The notes under the pieces are model-generated. The model was not told where the DNA came from, did not search any database, and saw only the letters and a program-made list of their open reading frames with translations. Shown here piece after piece: positions 60,563 through 64,000 of a stretch of DNA of 64,000 nucleotides. Both the position numbers and the translations under genes were made by a program. Source of the stretch: Phaeosaccion multiseriatum. Taxonomy: Eukaryota; Protista; Ochrophyta, other classes. The stretch is taken from contig OZ218953.1 of the NCBI GenBank assembly GCA_965112735.1, positions 1,488,001 to 1,552,000 on the forward strand, read 5' to 3'. Position 1 is the first letter of the stretch. Each line of letters begins with the position of its first letter.

Positions 60563-60870
60563 TCTTTCCTGCTAGGATCCCGAGCCTTGCTGCTCCTTCC
60601 TCTACTACTGCTGCTGCTCCGCTGATCCTCCTCTATTCCACACAGCTCTCTTTTTTCTCCTTACCTCGTTTTTCTTTGACCCGTTACGATGTTACCTTTG
60701 ATTGACATCGACTTTATTTCGATTAGGACGAAACGAAAAATCGATCCCTATCTAAGAGTAAAAAAATTGTTTTTGAAGGTGTAATAAAGAGAGAAAGAAG
60801 AAGAGAGGAATGAGAAGACTGATGGGCTGGGTCCTGAAGAACTGATCCAGCTGCGTACAGAGAGAGGGAC

Positions 60871-60907
60871 AGAAGAAGAAGAAGAAGAAGAAGAAGAAGA
60901 AGAAGAA
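60871..60907 (+). repeat. (AGA)n tract abutting the seipin start codon
   Basis: Directly visible. Confidence 0.9.
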
Positions 60908-62525
60908 ATGGCGCTTCAAATGCTTGTTCAGTCGGTGCTTCCGGCAATCCTCGGAAGTCAGCAGCAGCCCCAGGGACGGGGACGGGACGACGGGCAGAGA
61001 GCTGCTGGAGAGTCAACTGCAGGTGGAATCGTAGGGAGCGCTGTGGAGCGACTGGGGGAGTGGGGGGAAAGGGCCCAAAAGGTCGCCATCGCCGCGTTTA
61101 AGATCCTCGTTGTGTTGCAGGTGCTTTTCCTCTTCGCGGCCTTTTGCTATGCCTTTGTCTACTGGGCCATTGTGCCGGACAGCCTTCACACGCGGACGCT
61201 CATTTTCGACTACGGCATGCGAGGCGCCCCCGAGTACAACTTGGGGCATCAACCCACCATGATGCCGGGCAGTACCCGCAGCAGCGCTCGTGGTGCTTTC
61301 GACGGCAATACTTGTGCTGCTGACTTGGGAGACGGCAGTTGCCATGCAGGAGATCGGAAGCAGAACCATCCCGGCCTAGACCATCTCCCGGTATACGATC
61401 CGTTTCCCAAGCTCGCAGCCCACCCTCTCCGCTCTCCGGTGGCCGTACTCGACCTCCTGACGGATATCACTTGGACCCCCGGAGGGGTGATGGAGCAGGC
61501 GTTCCGGGAAGCGAAAGAGGCCGCTGAGCCGCGCAGCGTCAAGAGGAAGAGGGAGGAGCGGCGCAAGAAGCACACGCAGAGGCAGGCGGAACGGCAGAAG
61601 GAGAGGGAGGCGAAGGCGAAATCAGAAGGGGGTATAGGAGCCATAGCAACCTCGTCGCAGAGTGATATCATGGGTACGGCGGCGAGGAGGGTGGGGGAGG
61701 ATGAAGCACATGCAGCCGCGGGAGCAGCAACAGCAGCAGCAGCGCTGAGGGACCCCTCCGACAGGTGAGCGAATGTTTCGGCACAAGGAAGGGAAAGGTT
61801 GGGGCGGGGAGGGAGGGGAGACGGTTCCCTCCGGGAGACGGTTCCCTCCTCGATGACAACACACCGCTCCCATATGGATAACACATCACATGCCTCATGC
61901 CACGTACCCACGTCTTAACTATGGAACAATTGTTGGCTTCTGTCTCCCTTTCCGCCGCTGAAATAAATACATTCCCCCAATCCTTGGTGTATCCCCTCCA
62001 AGGCTGCTGGCGGCCGGGGTGAAGTACAACGTGGGTCTGGAGCTAGAGCTGCCCCTGTCGGAGAGTAACGCCAAGATGGGGCCCTTCATGGTGTACGTGA
62101 CGCTCTTGGCGCAGGATGGAGTCGTCCTCGGTCACAGCGCCAGGCACGCCATGCTGTCCTACACCTCCCCGGGGCTGAGGTACATGCGCATGGCCTGCCT
62201 CGCCCCCCTCTACCTGCTTGGCTTGAAAACAGAAGGTATCGTACGTACCCGAAGTGGTTGTCTTGTGTCAGTTCAGTTCCCAGGAATGCTTGACTTGTCA
62301 GATATGTATAAGCTTGGCCACCTCCAACCCCTCTTAATACATTTTCTATGTGCCCAACCTCCTTTCCGCCCTCTTCTGCTTCTGATTGTGTTCCCCCCAA
62401 CTCAGCCGAGAAGATTTTCATCACGAGTTTTGACCACCTCTTGGAGCTCGAGGACTATCCCCTCACCAGAATAGAGGTGAGTGGGTGGGTGGGCGGTCGG
62501 GCAACAGTAGCAAGCATTAGTAGTT

Positions 62526-62600
<75 letters not shown>

Positions 62601-64000
62601 TTTAACAGCCGTGAAGGAGGAGGAGTGCTACCACCGCAGCTGCAGGTATGCCATGAGATCATAGCTGGCACCTTCTTCGCTTCTCCGATGACGGCGCTGA
62701 CTTGGTCCCTTCCTCCCCGCCCCGCTCGGTTCTCTGATTCTCTCGCTTGCTCCTTTTTTCCCGCCCCCCAGATTGTCCTTTCGAATCACAATATCGAGCT
62801 GAAGCGCTCACTTTTGACCATCAAGCCGCAACTCCACGGCATCCGATACCTTATGAGCGAATGGTGAGCACACGGCACAAGCCTTGGGGGAACAGGTGGC
62901 AAGCGAAAGGCCGAGCCGGGTGCGAATACTCGTTGAGCTAGCTGCCCGTTCCCTCGCACTGTTCTGCCTTCGCATCTCCCCCCCCCCCCGCTGTGTGTTT
63001 TCTTCTTATTTGAACTCAACGCATGCCATGCTACACGCCGTCCCTCCCTGTTTTATTGACTTAATACAGGTTCTACTCGTCCTTGGTCATGGGGACCGCC
63101 TTCATCGCCTGCGGCCTAAGCGGCGCCTTCGTCCTCATTTACTTCTTCTATTGGACGACGCAGCAGCAGGAAGAAGAGGGCACGGACGGGAAGGACGGCA
63201 GAGGAGGAGGAGGCAAGATGGGCTCCAGGCAGATGCAGCCCAGGCGGCAGAGCAGGCAGGATGATGGGGCCCAATCTGGTGCCCAATTCGGCAGTACGGG
63301 AGAGCCGAGGACCCTGCTGAATGCTAGCAGTGGAGGCCTCCATCAGCGAGGGAGCAGTGCTGTGTACAGATCAGTCACCACCACCACCTCGAGCAGCAGT
63401 ACGCTGCAGCGAGCTCGAAGCGACAATGTGGTGGAGCCCCTGTCTGGTGGGGAGGGCATGGGGCCCGTGGGGACGGCGGCGGAAGGGGGTGTGAGAAGAG
63501 AGGAGGCGAAGGCAAGCGACAGTAGTACAAGAACAGAGACAGTGGATGGGCGAGAAGATGAAGGACAAGAGGGAAGAGCGGATGATGCAGCGAGTATTGG
63601 TGTGGAGAGCGCCACCTCCTCTGATGATAACAATGTCGTACTAGACGCCTCGGTCGAGAGCCGTGGGGACGAGGCCGAGGGGGAGGGTGGTGATGAAGGA
63701 GCTGCGCACATGATTGATGACTCGGCGGATGAAGACCCCCAAGGCAATGAAAGCGATGAGAAGGAGGGGGAGGACGGGGATGAGGACAGGAGCTCTGCTG
63801 GTGGTGGCGCTGCTGCCGTCAGCGCGTGGCGTGAAGGCTGTGGTGGCCCGAGCTCTGCTTCTTCCTCATGCCAGCAGAAAGCAAAAGACGACGATGGCAG
63901 TTGTGGCGGTGCTCCTGCTGCTGTTGAGAGCAAAGGAGAAGGGGGGGGCGGGCCAGACTTTTGGGAGAGCACGGGTTCCCTTCTCGGAGGTGTCGTGTCA
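60908..64000 (+). CDS. BSCL2: Seipin family lipid-droplet biogenesis protein (3' end runs off the window)
   Basis: TM1 ending FYWAIVP-like (FVYWAIVP), then LIFDY, YNVGLELELPLSESNAKMGPFMV, SARHAMLSYTSP...APLYLLG, LHGIRYLMSEW|FYSS and TM2, then an acidic tail. Confidence 0.92.
62518..62600 (+). repeat. (TAG)n intronic microsatellite
   Basis: Directly visible. Confidence 0.95.

Noticed and set aside
10993-64000. Functional membrane-trafficking gene cluster (OSCA, C2CD5, LFa protein, TRAPPC5, seipin)
   Set aside because: These genes are interspersed with unrelated housekeeping genes, and the sequence gives no evidence of co-regulation.
1-64000. tRNA, rRNA, snRNA or transposable elements
   Set aside because: I recognised no cloverleaf, rRNA signature, transposase/RT/integrase motif, LTR or TIR by eye. 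Small ncRNAs cannot be excluded without Infernal/tRNAscan.

Overview
This is GC-rich, intron-rich, microsatellite-laden eukaryotic nuclear DNA. It is probably from an ochrophyte/stramenopile alga, inferred from one bipartite plastid-targeting presequence and the gene content. I assembled about 17 protein-coding genes by hand from GT-AG boundaries. In order: thioredoxin-like [2Fe-2S] ferredoxin (-), saccharopine-dehydrogenase-like oxidoreductase (-), secreted Cys-rich repeat protein (+), STK19 (+), OSCA/TMEM63 channel with a very large cytosolic insert (-), C2CD5 with huge low-complexity inserts (+), coiled-coil protein with LF-acidic motifs (-), MYND/MSS51-like protein (+), type-II-membrane VLK/PKDCC-like kinase (-), SLX9 (+), hypothetical helical protein (-), six-unit mTERF-like repeat protein (+), NEK kinase (+), TRAPPC5 (-), putative mitochondrial protein with a short basic C-terminal motif (+), dynein light chain (-) and seipin (+, truncated by the window end). 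I recognised no RNA genes, CRISPR arrays or transposons. The most novel-looking elements are the protein made of six self-capped mini-mTERF modules, a 10-Cys acidic extracellular domain that expanded recently by a 516-bp exon+intron duplication, and an atypical secretory-pathway kinase with a GC-AG intron. All family calls come from recognising motifs by eye. No database searches were run, and some exon boundaries are approximate.
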